Shown: positions 8,878 through 18,831 of the stretch, piece by piece
How positions within the stretch are numbered: the stretch's first letter is position 1
Layout of the letters: every line of letters starts with the position of its first letter
IMG/VR virus record: IMGVR_UViG_3300049298_000033
Location: 30,539-94,538 of that record
Origin: a virus
Taxonomy: Duplodnaviria > Caudoviricetes
DNA: 64,000 bases
Reading direction: 5' to 3' (one strand)
Notes under the pieces: model-generated
What the model saw: the letters and a program-made list of their open reading frames with translations, nothing else
The model's database searches: none
Told to the model about the DNA's origin: nothing
Made by a program: the position numbers and the translations under genes

Positions 8878-10615
8878 GCCGCCTAGGCTCACCGCGGACT
8901 ATGCGGCTGAGCTGGACCGGCTGAAGATCTCACCGGAGGTTGGCTGGTACCTGAAGGCGCGGGGGATCCCGCTGCCGGACTGTCCGCCGACGTGGAAGAC
9001 ACCTGAGCCGCGGGACTTTCCAGGTGCCCGGTTCGATCCGGAGCGGGTCGACAAGGTCCTGAAGTCGTTCAACCTGCTGCGGCATACGCAGGGAGAGTGG
9101 GCCGGACGGCCGCTGAAGCCGGACCCGTGGCAGGTCGCTTACATCCTTGCGCCTGTGTACGGGTGGGTACACAAGAACAGTCGCGGTAAATGGGTGCGGA
9201 TCATCCGCACCGAGTACGTCGACCTGTCGAGGAAGAACGGAAAGACCACGCTTGCCGGTGGTCAGGCGACTTACCTGACGTGCGCTGATGGTGAGGACGG
9301 CGCCCAAGTCATCGCTGCGGCGGCCGGTAGGGAACAGGCAGGCTACTGCTTCGCGCCGGTGAAGTTGATCGCGGAGAAGTCGCCGCACCTGTCGCCACAC
9401 GTGAAGTGCACTATCAACAAGATCGTGCATAAGCGGACCGGCTCGTACTTCATGGTCGTGTCCAGCGTCGCTGATCTGCTGCACGGCGCGAACGTGCACG
9501 GCTCCGTCATCGACGAGTTGCATGTCCACAAATCGCGGGACCTCGTCGACGCACTCGAGACCGGTACGGGCGCCCGATCCCAACCGCTGATCATCATCAT
9601 CACCACTCCTGATGACGGCCGGCGCGGCACAATCTACGCGGAGAAGCGGGAGTACTGCGAGCAACTGTCCCGGGGCGCGATCAGCGACCCGACCTTCTAC
9701 GGGGTCATCTGGGCGGCGGCGGAGTCAGAGAAAGCTCTCAAGGAGCAGGGTCTGACGCCTTTCGATGAGGAGGCGTGGCGTCGAGCGAACCCGGGCTACG
9801 GGATCTCGCCGACGAAGGAGTTCCTCGAGGCGGAAGCGCGCAAGGCGCGCCAGTCACCAGCGAACCTGTCGCGGTTCCTACGGCTACATCTTGGGATCCG
9901 CACGAAGCAGGCGAAGCGGTACATCACCTTGGACGTGTGGGACCGTAACGCCAGCCTCGTCGATGAGCAGGGATTGAGAGGGCGTCTAGCGTTCGGCGGT
10001 TTGGACCTTTCACGCACGCATGACCTGACGGCACTGGCGTGGCTGTTTCCGAAGGACGGCGAGTACGAAGCGGTCTGGCGGCTTTGGGTACCCGAAGCGC
10101 GGATGGACGATCTGAACAAGCGCACTGCTGGTTCCGCTGATGTTTGGCGCCGCGACGGCTGGCTCACGGTGACCGACGGGAACGTCATCGACTATGAGGT
10201 AGTTAAGAAGCAGATGCGCGCCGATCTGGCTGTGTTCCAGGCGAAAGAGATCGGCTACGACCGGTGGAACGCGACGCAGCTCGTCACTGACATGACCGAA
10301 GAGGGCGCCCCGATGGTGCCAATCGGCCAGGGCTACCAGTCGATGTCTGCGCCACTGAAAGAGCTATTGACGTTGCTGCTCCGCGGTACGCCACAGCGTC
10401 CGGTGCTCCGGCATGGCGGGAACCCGGTGATGCGGTGGATGGTCGACAACCTTGCGGTGTCAATGGATGCGGCAGGGAACGTGAAGCCGGACAAGGAGAA
10501 GGCCGGCGACAACATCGATGGGTTCTCGGCGGCGGTGACGGCGTTGGCGCGGGCGATGCTGCACAAACCACCCCGGAAGTCGGCGTATGAGGACCACGAC
10601 CTGCAGGTCGTATGA
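8852..10615 (+). CDS. terL: Terminase large subunit
   Basis: Walker A RKNGKT, Walker B IDELH, GGLDLS, YDRWNA, IDG..A nuclease motifs. Confidence 0.97.
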   Translation: MGRRTRSPEPPRLTADYAAELDRLKISPEVGWYLKARGIPLPDCPPTWKTPEPRDFPGARFDPERVDKVLKSFNLLRHTQGEWAGRPLKPDPWQVAYILAPVYGWVHKNSRGKWVRIIRTEYVDLSRKNGKTTLAGGQATYLTCADGEDGAQVIAAAAGREQAGYCFAPVKLIAEKSPHLSPHVKCTINKIVHKRTGSYFMVVSSVADLLHGANVHGSVIDELHVHKSRDLVDALETGTGARSQPLIIIITTPDDGRRGTIYAEKREYCEQLSRGAISDPTFYGVIWAAAESEKALKEQGLTPFDEEAWRRANPGYGISPTKEFLEAEARKARQSPANLSRFLRLHLGIRTKQAKRYITLDVWDRNASLVDEQGLRGRLAFGGLDLSRTHDLTALAWLFPKDGEYEAVWRLWVPEARMDDLNKRTAGSADVWRRDGWLTVTDGNVIDYEVVKKQMRADLAVFQAKEIGYDRWNATQLVTDMTEEGAPMVPIGQGYQSMSAPLKELLTLLLRGTPQRPVLRHGGNPVMRWMVDNLAVSMDAAGNVKPDKEKAGDNIDGFSAAVTALARAMLHKPPRKSAYEDHDLQVV

Positions 10616-10631
10616 ATACCTGGGAGGTCGT

Positions 10632-10850
10632 GTGTTCGCCTGGCGTCAAACCGCTGTCCGTAAGCGGGTAATCGTGAACCTGCCGGACCGTGCGTTCGCC
10701 GGGGTGTTGTGGGCGCAGCGCGGTCCGCTGTTGGTGCTGCGGAACGCGGAACTGCTCGAGCAGGGTGCACAACCGGTTCCGATGGACGGCGAGGTTGTCA
10801 TCGAACGGTCGCGTGTCGAGTTCGTTCAGGTCGTCCAGGCGGTCGGCTGA
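10632..10850 (+). CDS. Small Sm-like hypothetical protein between terminase and portal
   Basis: GGAGG RBS; MDGEVVIERSRVEFVQ. Confidence 0.7.
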   Translation: MFAWRQTAVRKRVIVNLPDRAFAGVLWAQRGPLLVLRNAELLEQGAQPVPMDGEVVIERSRVEFVQVVQAVG

Positions 10851-12835
10851 TGCCGTTCGTGCAGGCCGCCGGGTCGCTACGGACGGTGTCGGCGGCTCCG
10901 GTGCCGCACCCGTTCTCGATGACGATTGCGCCGAGCCTGCGACAGGACTACGCGACGATCTGGCGGACCCAGCCCGCGGTGCGGACCGTGGTGGACTTCC
11001 TGGCGCGGAACATCGCCCAGCTTGGCCTACACGTGTTCCGGCGTGCGAGCGACACGGACCGGGAGCGTCTTGCCAGTCACCCCATGGCACGGCTGATCGC
11101 GAACCCCGCACCAGCGGACATGAAGATCACCAGGTACCGCCTAATCGACGCGCTCGTCCACGATCTGGGGATCTACGACACGGCATGCTGGTTGAAAGTC
11201 AAGGCCGACGGGACGGAGAAGCCGGGCGCGTTGTTGCGGGTTCCGCCGTGGATGGTCGAACCCATCGACGGGGACTGGATGGCGGCGTCTCAATACCGGG
11301 TTCGGGGCAACCGCGGGTACAGAGACTTCCCCGCCGACCAGGTCGTGTTCTTCCGCGGATACAACCCGGACGATCCCCGGACCGGGTCACCGCCGATCGA
11401 GACGCTGCGGCGGATCCTGGCGGAGGAGTACGCGGCGACGGTGTACCGGGACCAGCTGTGGCGTAACGGCGCCCGATTCGCCGGATACATCAGCCGCCCG
11501 GTGGACGCCCCAGTCTGGGGCGACACGGCGCGGAACCGGTTTCGTGCGTCGTGGCAGGCGCAATATACCGGCGACGGGCCGCAGGCGGGCGGCACACCGA
11601 TCCTCGAGGACGGCATGGAGTTCGTGCCGGCCGCGGTAACCCCGCAGCAGGCGCAGTACCTGGAGGCACGGAAACTCACGCGCGAGGAAGTCGCGGCGGC
11701 ATATCACATTCCGCTGCCGATGGTTGGGATCCTTGACCACGCGACATTCTCGAACATCACGGAGCAGCACAAGCAGCTGTACCAGGACACACTCGGCCCG
11801 TGGCTGACGATGATCGCCGAGGATCTGATGCTGCAGCTCCTGCCAGACCTGGACGACTCGGTGGATGTGTACGTCGAGTTCAACATCGCTGAGAAGCTCA
11901 AAGGAAGTTTCGAAGAGCAGGCCAGCAGTATCCAGTCGCTGGTGGGTCGCCCGGTGCTGACCGCGGATGAGGGTCGGGCGCTGCTGAACCGTAACGCGCT
12001 CGGCGGCGACGCCGCACAGCTCGTCACGCCGTTGAATGTGCTGATCGGCGGGCAGGCGTCACCGACCGATTCCGCGCCGGACCCTGTGGCAGCGAATCTG
12101 GCCGCCATGCCGGATAGGGCTGTGAAGTCAGTAACAGTGAAGGCGAGGGCGCCGCGCACTGCCACGACCCGCACAGAGCAGGTCCTCGTGGGTTTCTTCG
12201 ACCGTCAGGCCAAGGCGCTCATCAGCAAGGTCGGCGCTGAGAAGGCGGCATTCCGAAAGGTCGCCGTCGATGATGTGTTCAACGAGGACAGGTGGAACGG
12301 CGAGTTGTCCGCGGACCTGCTGCGGCTGAATCTGCTTCTTGCTGTGGCTGCCGGGCAGGCGACACTCGAGGAAATCGGTGAAGACCCCGATGAACTCGAC
12401 AAGGACCGAATGGTCGGCTGGCTCACCGCGAACGCGGCTGGCGTCGCCGCCGGCATCAACGCCACCACGAAAGCGGCCGTGGCTGCGCTACTGAAGGACG
12501 CTGACCCGATCGGTGCGATCAAGGCTCTGTTCGACGCCTACCGCAGCCAGCGCGCGCCGCAGATCGCGCACGCGCAAACCTCGGCGATGTCGGGATTCGG
12601 CACAGTGGAAGCTGTCCGTCAAGTCGGTGGGGACGGCGCGGTGAAGACCTGGGTGACCGGATCCAATCCGCGATCCACCCATGCCCGGCTGGATGGCGAA
12701 ACCGTCGGTATCGACGACCTGTTCTCCAATGGCGCCCGCTGGCCAGGCGATTCGAAGCTCAGCGAGAACGACCGCGCTGGCTGTAACTGCTCAGTGACCG
12801 TCTCAATCGAGAGTGTCTCGTCGTCGACGGCCTGA
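10850..12835 (+). CDS. HK97-type portal fused to MuF-like head morphogenesis domain
   Basis: Portal motifs (GSPPI, ILEDGM, EVAAAYHIP, TFSNI) plus C-terminal KTWVT..R.TH...NG..WPGD..GCNC. Confidence 0.92.
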   Translation: MPFVQAAGSLRTVSAAPVPHPFSMTIAPSLRQDYATIWRTQPAVRTVVDFLARNIAQLGLHVFRRASDTDRERLASHPMARLIANPAPADMKITRYRLIDALVHDLGIYDTACWLKVKADGTEKPGALLRVPPWMVEPIDGDWMAASQYRVRGNRGYRDFPADQVVFFRGYNPDDPRTGSPPIETLRRILAEEYAATVYRDQLWRNGARFAGYISRPVDAPVWGDTARNRFRASWQAQYTGDGPQAGGTPILEDGMEFVPAAVTPQQAQYLEARKLTREEVAAAYHIPLPMVGILDHATFSNITEQHKQLYQDTLGPWLTMIAEDLMLQLLPDLDDSVDVYVEFNIAEKLKGSFEEQASSIQSLVGRPVLTADEGRALLNRNALGGDAAQLVTPLNVLIGGQASPTDSAPDPVAANLAAMPDRAVKSVTVKARAPRTATTRTEQVLVGFFDRQAKALISKVGAEKAAFRKVAVDDVFNEDRWNGELSADLLRLNLLLAVAAGQATLEEIGEDPDELDKDRMVGWLTANAAGVAAGINATTKAAVAALLKDADPIGAIKALFDAYRSQRAPQIAHAQTSAMSGFGTVEAVRQVGGDGAVKTWVTGSNPRSTHARLDGETVGIDDLFSNGARWPGDSKLSENDRAGCNCSVTVSIESVSSSTA

Positions 12836-12907
12836 ACCGCCCGCCAACTCTCTTTCCTACTGAACCCGCCGGAACCGACGGTCCTATCGAGATGGCGAGG
12901 AGAAACC

Positions 12908-13834
12908 GTGAAGATCAAGTCCTGCCCTGTCCGGATCAAGGCAGCGGGCGAGAACGAGGGCACCGAGGACGGGGTCTTTGAGGCCATCGTCGCCACCTAC
13001 GACCTCGACTCCGTCGGCGACAAGATCGTGCCAGGCGCGTTCGGGGAGACGCTCGCGGAGTGGAAGGGCCGCGGCGACCCGATCCCTGTGCTGTGGTCTC
13101 ACATGTCGCAGGATCCCGACTACCACATCGGGGTCGTCGAAGAGGCCGAGGAACGTCCCGAGGGGCTGTGGGTGAAGGCCCGCCTCGATTTGGACGAGCC
13201 GAAGGCCGCGAAGGTCTACAAGCTGTTGAAGGGCCGCCGCGTCACCCAGTTCAGCTTCGCCTACGACATTGAAGAGGGCGGCACCGTCGAGCAGAAGGAT
13301 GGCGAGTCCTACTACGAGCTTCGGAAGCTGAAGCTGTACGAGGTTGGGCCGACTCTGATCGGCGCCAACCAGGAAACCGAACTCCTCGACGTTAAGTCGG
13401 GTGACGGCCCTATTCGGATCGCTATCCACAACCCGGCCGGTGTGGATGTCGAAACGGTCCGGAAGGCCGTCGAGGACGCATTCAAGGCCCGCGACGACGC
13501 CGTGGAGCCCGCGTCGAAGGACGCCACGGAGACGGTCGAGAAGGCCGCCGACGCGGTCGAGAAGGCCGCCGACGCGGAGGAGGAGAAAGCCGGCAGGACC
13601 CTGTCGGCGAAGAACGAGGAACGCGTGAAAGACATCGCGCGTCTCGCTAAGGAACTGCTGGACTCCCTCGCATCCAGCGACGACGAAGAGAAGGCCAGGC
13701 AAGAAGCCCAGCCCGCCGCATCCGAGGAGCCTGCACAGGCCAAGGGTGACGTGCCAGCACGGCCAGGCCCCGCCTCGCTCCGTCTGCACACAGACCTCGC
13801 CGCATTCGCGGCTGAGGTCTCCGCGCTCACGTAG
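12908..13834 (+). CDS. Prohead (capsid maturation) protease, HK97 family
   Basis: GDKIVPGAF, VLWSH, GLWV, FSFAY, LYEVG..GAN. Confidence 0.93.
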   Translation: MKIKSCPVRIKAAGENEGTEDGVFEAIVATYDLDSVGDKIVPGAFGETLAEWKGRGDPIPVLWSHMSQDPDYHIGVVEEAEERPEGLWVKARLDLDEPKAAKVYKLLKGRRVTQFSFAYDIEEGGTVEQKDGESYYELRKLKLYEVGPTLIGANQETELLDVKSGDGPIRIAIHNPAGVDVETVRKAVEDAFKARDDAVEPASKDATETVEKAADAVEKAADAEEEKAGRTLSAKNEERVKDIARLAKELLDSLASSDDEEKARQEAQPAASEEPAQAKGDVPARPGPASLRLHTDLAAFAAEVSALT

Positions 13835-13851
13835 TGAAGGCAGAGAACCAT

Positions 13852-15126
13852 ATGAGCACGAAGATCGATCAGCTCACCGAAGAGCTGAAGGCGCATCTCA
13901 AGTCCGCGCAGGAGATCGCGGCGAAGGCCGAAGACGACGACCGGGACTTCACCGATGAGGAACGCGCCGAGGTCACCGCCAAGATGCAGGCGGCTTCGGA
14001 ATGCAAGGCCAAGCTCGAGAAGGCCAGGGCCGACGCCAAGATGCGGGAGGCGATCGCCGAGCTCGGCGACGGCATCGGCCTGGCCGAGAAGTCCGAGACG
14101 AAGACAACCCCGTCGGGTCTGATCGTTCCCGAGCGCGGTAAGAGCCTGGGTCAGCATTTCGTCGAGTCCGGCGCCTACAAGGCGCTGGTGTCGTCCACGC
14201 CGGGCGGGAACTTCGGCGAGAAGATGCGTGTCCAGTCCCAGCCGGTCGGGTTCAAGACCCTGGTGACCGGCGCGTCCGACACCTCCGCCGGCGCGTTCGT
14301 CCAGAACGACTGGCGGGCCCTGCAGGTCGGGCTGGACGCCTTCCAGCGTCCCTTGACCCTGCGGGACGTCGTCACTACGGGTACGACCACGTCCGACACG
14401 ATCGAATACGCGCGGATCACCTCGATCACCAACAGCGCCGCCCCGACCGCTGAGGCGACCGCGAGCACCGGCACCTCCGGCACCAAGCCCGAGTCGGCGA
14501 TCGCTACAGAGAAGGCCACCGCGACCGTCAAGACGATCGCGCACTGGATCCCGGTCACTAAGCGGGCACTCGCGGACGCCGCGCAGATCCGTACCCTCAT
14601 CGACAACTTCCTCCGATACGGCCTGGAGGAGGAACTCGAAGACCAGATGGTGTCCGGGGATGGCTCCGGTGAGAACTTCGCCGGCATCTCCAACGTCTCC
14701 GGCGTCCAGGCGCAGGCGTGGGACGCCGACATCCTCACCACCACCCGGAAAGCCAAAACCAAGGTCCGCACCGTTGGCCGATCCATGGCCAACGCCTACG
14801 TCCTCAACCCGGCCGACTGGGAAACCATCGACCTGCTGCAGGACAACGAGGGCCGCTACTACTACGGCGGCCCAGCCACCCCCGGTGCACCCCGACTGTG
14901 GGGTCTGCCGGTCATCGAATGCGAAGGCGTTCCTTCGGGCACCGGCTACGTCGGCGACTGGCGGAAGGCGGTCCTGTGGGACCGCGAGCAGGCGTCCATT
15001 TCTGTCACTGACAGCCATTCTGACTTTTTTGTCAGGAATTTGGTAGCAATCTTGGCGGAGATGCGCGCCGCCTTTGGCGTTGTGCAGCCAAATGCCTTTG
15101 TGGAGATCGACCTCACCTCCGCGTAG
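13852..15126 (+). CDS. Major capsid protein, HK97 fold
   Basis: Coiled-coil delta domain, KPES, TIAHW, LWGLPV, FVRN..AE.R. Confidence 0.95.
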   Translation: MSTKIDQLTEELKAHLKSAQEIAAKAEDDDRDFTDEERAEVTAKMQAASECKAKLEKARADAKMREAIAELGDGIGLAEKSETKTTPSGLIVPERGKSLGQHFVESGAYKALVSSTPGGNFGEKMRVQSQPVGFKTLVTGASDTSAGAFVQNDWRALQVGLDAFQRPLTLRDVVTTGTTTSDTIEYARITSITNSAAPTAEATASTGTSGTKPESAIATEKATATVKTIAHWIPVTKRALADAAQIRTLIDNFLRYGLEEELEDQMVSGDGSGENFAGISNVSGVQAQAWDADILTTTRKAKTKVRTVGRSMANAYVLNPADWETIDLLQDNEGRYYYGGPATPGAPRLWGLPVIECEGVPSGTGYVGDWRKAVLWDREQASISVTDSHSDFFVRNLVAILAEMRAAFGVVQPNAFVEIDLTSA

Positions 15127-15204
15127 AGCGGATAAAGGCACAGTTGTGCGCCCCTCCCGGGTAGGATAGTGGCAAAATAGTCGCTTCCCGGGAGAGGCGT
15201 AACA

Positions 15205-15918
15205 ATGGCTCTCAAAGGTCGGCCGAGAGTTGCGCGAGTCAGTGTCCAGTGCACTGGCTGTGGGGCCGAACTGATCCGTCGCAAGACTGACATGGCGCGA
15301 AACAGGACCGGCCGAGTCTTCTGCTCTAAGGCCTGCCGTGACCAAGTAGGCTGTAAGCCCAGGTCCGGGAAGCTAGTGCCGTGCAAGGAGTGCGGCTCCG
15401 ACTTCTACCAACCTCCGGGCATTGAGCGCACATACTGTTCGAAGTTCTGCCACGACGCAGGACAGCGGGTCGACCTCATCGAGATCACCTGCGGATCCTG
15501 CGGCAACACCTTCATGAGTCAAAGGTCGAGAAACCGAAGGTTCTGTAACCGGCAGTGCTATGAAGCAGGGCGAATTCGGACAGCGGTCGGACGCGAGCAC
15601 AACGGGAGACCTGTACGCCAGAATGCCCAGGGCTACCTCCTCGTGTACGAACCCAATCATCCGAATGCGTACAGGGATGGATGGGTCCTGGAGCATCGGC
15701 TCGTCGCAGAGAAAGTCCTTGGCAGACGCTTGGAATCCTCCGAAGAAGTCCACCATAAGAACCGCGACAAGACCGATAACCGTCCAGAGAACCTGGTCGT
15801 CCTATCTGGCGAGGACCACGGCCAAATCACTGCTCTCGACAACTGGCGCGATCTCAAGCAGATGAAAGATCGTCTTGCCCGGTATCGCGAGTTGTACGGC
15901 GAACTACCAGAGGAATGA
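15205..15918 (+). CDS. Free-standing HNH homing endonuclease with CxxC/CSxxC repeats
   Basis: VLEHRLVAE..LGR.L..EVHHKNRDKTDNRPENL; three zinc-finger repeats. Confidence 0.9.
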   Translation: MALKGRPRVARVSVQCTGCGAELIRRKTDMARNRTGRVFCSKACRDQVGCKPRSGKLVPCKECGSDFYQPPGIERTYCSKFCHDAGQRVDLIEITCGSCGNTFMSQRSRNRRFCNRQCYEAGRIRTAVGREHNGRPVRQNAQGYLLVYEPNHPNAYRDGWVLEHRLVAEKVLGRRLESSEEVHHKNRDKTDNRPENLVVLSGEDHGQITALDNWRDLKQMKDRLARYRELYGELPEE

Positions 15919-15919
15919 C

Positions 15920-16135
15920 ATGGGGTACCTGAACTCAGGCCGCGGCGAAGCCCGCGAGGTTAAGCAGGCCGCTACCGTAACGGCGCTCACTGGCACGGCC
16001 GGCACCGCTGACGGCGCCGTCGCCGATGTCGGCGCTTCCTTCAACCAGGGGACCCTCAACGACAACTTCAAGGAGTTGTCGACGAAGGTCAACGCCATCA
16101 TCACGGCGCTGAAGAACGCCGGTCTGATGGCGTGA
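15920..16135 (+). CDS. Small head decoration/head-fibre-like protein
   Basis: KVNAIITALKNAGLMA C-terminus; position after capsid. Confidence 0.6.
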   Translation: MGYLNSGRGEAREVKQAATVTALTGTAGTADGAVADVGASFNQGTLNDNFKELSTKVNAIITALKNAGLMA

Positions 16136-16560
16136 CATTGCTGATCACTTCGGGAGGTGCGCGCTGCCCGCTGTGTGGCCAGTCCGGCCATGCGTGCGGG
16201 CCGCGCACCTCCCACACACCAGTGGACTGGCCACCAGAGGAGGCTGCCGTGGCAGGAGAACTCAAGGTCTACGACGTGGAGATCCACGGTACGAAGACGC
16301 AGATGAAGCTAACGGCTGAGCATGCGAAGCGGATGGGCGGCACCTCTGTGACGTCAGCTCCGCAGCTCGCTGCGCAAGATGCCGACGACCCCACGGAAGG
16401 CGAGAAGTCCACCAGGACGCAGGACGCCGAAGAGGCCGATGCGGTCGGCTCGCAGGAGCCCGAGGAGGCTTCCGAGGCCGGGCAGAAGGCGGCACCTGCC
16501 CGGTCGAAGGCACGGACGGCCCGGAACAAGGCGCGGACCGCGTCCAACAAGGACGGGTGA
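16132..16560 (+). CDS. Hypothetical virion-associated protein (alternative start 16249)
   Basis: Position; ..NKART..NK tail. Confidence 0.65.
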   Translation: MTLLITSGGARCPLCGQSGHACGPRTSHTPVDWPPEEAAVAGELKVYDVEIHGTKTQMKLTAEHAKRMGGTSVTSAPQLAAQDADDPTEGEKSTRTQDAEEADAVGSQEPEEASEAGQKAAPARSKARTARNKARTASNKDG

Positions 16561-16563
16561 TTC

Positions 16564-17079
16564 GTGGCCCCGCTGGCGGACCTCAACGACTGGGGTAATT
16601 ACGCCACTGGCGATCCGCCTTCCAACGCGGAGGCACTGTTGGACGCCGCGTCTGGTCTGGTACGCACGTACTGCGGGTGGTCGATCAGCGAAGAGATCGT
16701 TGACGGGGCTGTCTTTGATAGTGACGGATCGAAGCTGCTTCTGCTGCCGACGTTGCATCTCACCGTCGTGACTCAGGTGCTTGTCGATGGTACGGAAGTC
16801 ACCGACTTCACCTGGTCTCAGATGGGCGCACTCGCGCGCGAAGGCTGCTGGCCGGCCGGGTTCCGGAGAATCACCGTCAGCTTCACGCATGGGTGGAATC
16901 CGGTGCAGGCGGAGGTGAAAGCAATGGTGGTCGGCTTGGTGTCCCGAGTCTCCACCACGCCGGCCAACTTGGAACAAAAGACGGTCGGTGCCGTCACTTA
17001 TCGGTACACCGAAGCCGGTGCGTCGATGGTTCTCGGCTCGGCCGAGCAGCGTGTCTTGGACAGGTATCGGCTGCCGTGA
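16564..17079 (+). CDS. Head-to-tail adaptor
   Basis: LLDAAS..VRTYCGW, FTHGW, VLDRYRL; synteny. Confidence 0.85.
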   Translation: MAPLADLNDWGNYATGDPPSNAEALLDAASGLVRTYCGWSISEEIVDGAVFDSDGSKLLLLPTLHLTVVTQVLVDGTEVTDFTWSQMGALAREGCWPAGFRRITVSFTHGWNPVQAEVKAMVVGLVSRVSTTPANLEQKTVGAVTYRYTEAGASMVLGSAEQRVLDRYRLP

Positions 17080-17399
17080 GTCTGGGATCTCATACCATCA
17101 TTCGGATCCGGCTGCCCGAGAGGGACAAGAACGGCGATCCGAAGCCCGGCACCGGCAGCGAGATCAACATCGAGGGCTGCTCTGTCCAACCTCGGCAGTC
17201 CACTGAGGCGACCGACCTGCGTAACACAGTCACGACCGGCCTCATCGTCTTCGCTCCTGGCCGACCGGACATCCTCCCGGTTGATCGGATCCGCTGGGAC
17301 GGCGTCACGTATGCCGTCGATGGCGAGCCGGCGTTCTGGGAAGACCTCGAAGCCGCCGAGGATCACGCTGAGATCACGCTACGGCGAGTGGAGGGCTGA
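17076..17399 (+). CDS. Head-to-tail stopper
   Basis: GCSVQP, DRI..DG..Y.VDGEP, LRRVEG. Confidence 0.85.
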   Translation: MSLGSHTIIRIRLPERDKNGDPKPGTGSEINIEGCSVQPRQSTEATDLRNTVTTGLIVFAPGRPDILPVDRIRWDGVTYAVDGEPAFWEDLEAAEDHAEITLRRVEG

Positions 17400-17400
17400 C

Positions 17401-17700
17401 ATGGCCAAACGTGTCACCTACAAGCCGGACTTCAAAGGGGTCGGGCAGCTCCTTCGCTCGTCGGACGTGCAACATGTTTGTGTTGCGGCAGCCGAACGCG
17501 GTAAGACCTACGCCGAGTCGATATCTCCGGTGCGTACCGGGGAGTACCGCAGATCGTTCCTCGTCGTACCGGTGATGGCCAAGGACCGTTCCGGCGCCAA
17601 ACTCATCAACACTTCTGGTCACGCCACTGCGGTGGAGTGGATTCTCGGTTTCCGTGTCCTTGGTAGGACCGTCGACTACATCGAAAAGAACGGCCCGTGA
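17401..17700 (+). CDS. Neck protein (HK97 gp10-like)
   Basis: SPVRTGEY, HATAVEW; synteny. Confidence 0.75.
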   Translation: MAKRVTYKPDFKGVGQLLRSSDVQHVCVAAAERGKTYAESISPVRTGEYRRSFLVVPVMAKDRSGAKLINTSGHATAVEWILGFRVLGRTVDYIEKNGP

Positions 17701-18098
17701 GCGACCCGGCCTCGTTCGTTGACGTCGAAGCCGCACTCGAAGAGATCCTTGCTGATCTCGTGGCGGCCGACCACGTTGTCACCTGGACTGGCACGAACCT
17801 GCAGGAGCTTCTCGCGGACGGTCCGCTCATCAAGGTGACCCGCCTCGGCGGTGACGCGTCCCGGCATACCGCGGTCCCGCGCGTCGACATTGGTGTGTAC
17901 GCCACCACTATGGCTGACGCCAAACCACTGGCTGATCGTGTCCTCGACCGGTTGGTTTTCCGTCCGCACGTGACATCCGCTGGCGTTATCGACCGCACTG
18001 AGGTTGAGGTACTGCCGCATGAGGTGCCGTATGACGACGCCGGCATCCGGCTCGTGACCGCGACGTACCGCATCTCGACGCGCCGCCGCGTGGCCTGA
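17697..18098 (+). CDS. Tail terminator
   Basis: VTRLGG..RVDIGVYA; synteny. Confidence 0.8.
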   Translation: MSDPASFVDVEAALEEILADLVAADHVVTWTGTNLQELLADGPLIKVTRLGGDASRHTAVPRVDIGVYATTMADAKPLADRVLDRLVFRPHVTSAGVIDRTEVEVLPHEVPYDDAGIRLVTATYRISTRRRVA

Positions 18099-18171
18099 AT
18101 AGCACCGCCCGCCCTTCGCCCCGCTCGCGGGGCTCTCCATTTCCGAGTCCCGATTCCGAAGGGGTACCCGC

Positions 18172-18831
18172 ATGACCGGGATGACCTTTGATGAGATGCA
18201 GGCCCACAATGCCGCGCTCATCATGAAGACGCTGGAAGTTGCGGTGTTCACCGCCGATTACTCCGCAGACGCGATCACCACGCTCACTGACATCGACAAG
18301 GGACTGAAGCCCCTCCCGGCAGGGTGGGGCGACCTCGGCTGGCTGTCCGACGATGGCGCGCAGTTCAGTCGTGACGTTGACCAGAGCGACATCACGGCGG
18401 CGGGCTCGGTCGAGCCGGTCCGATCCGACATCACCAGTGACGTCACCACCCTTCAGGTGACGTGCCTGGAGACGAACCTGCGATCGATCGGCCTGTACAC
18501 GGGCGCGGACATGTCCACCGTCACCCCTGACCCGACCACCGGCGAGGTCGGCATCGCCAAGCCCACCCGACCGGCGATCAAGTACTACCGGGTGCTGGGC
18601 GTCGGCTCCGACCTCACCGATGCCGGTGAGTACTACGTCGGCAGGTTCTTGCCCCGCTCGAAGGTCGACGACTTCGACGATCAGAACTACCAGAGCTCCG
18701 ATGACACCCCGAACGTGTGGCCGGTCACCCTGAAGGGCTTCACCGACCCCGTACTCGGATACTCGGAGAAGTACTTCTGGGGCGGGCCCGGGTGGTACGC
18801 CAAGCTCGCCGACATGGGATTCAGCGTCTGA
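18172..18831 (+). CDS. Major tail (tube) protein
   Basis: DLGWLSDDG, PVRSDIT, GGPGW. Confidence 0.9.
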   Translation: MTGMTFDEMQAHNAALIMKTLEVAVFTADYSADAITTLTDIDKGLKPLPAGWGDLGWLSDDGAQFSRDVDQSDITAAGSVEPVRSDITSDVTTLQVTCLETNLRSIGLYTGADMSTVTPDPTTGEVGIAKPTRPAIKYYRVLGVGSDLTDAGEYYVGRFLPRSKVDDFDDQNYQSSDDTPNVWPVTLKGFTDPVLGYSEKYFWGGPGWYAKLADMGFSV

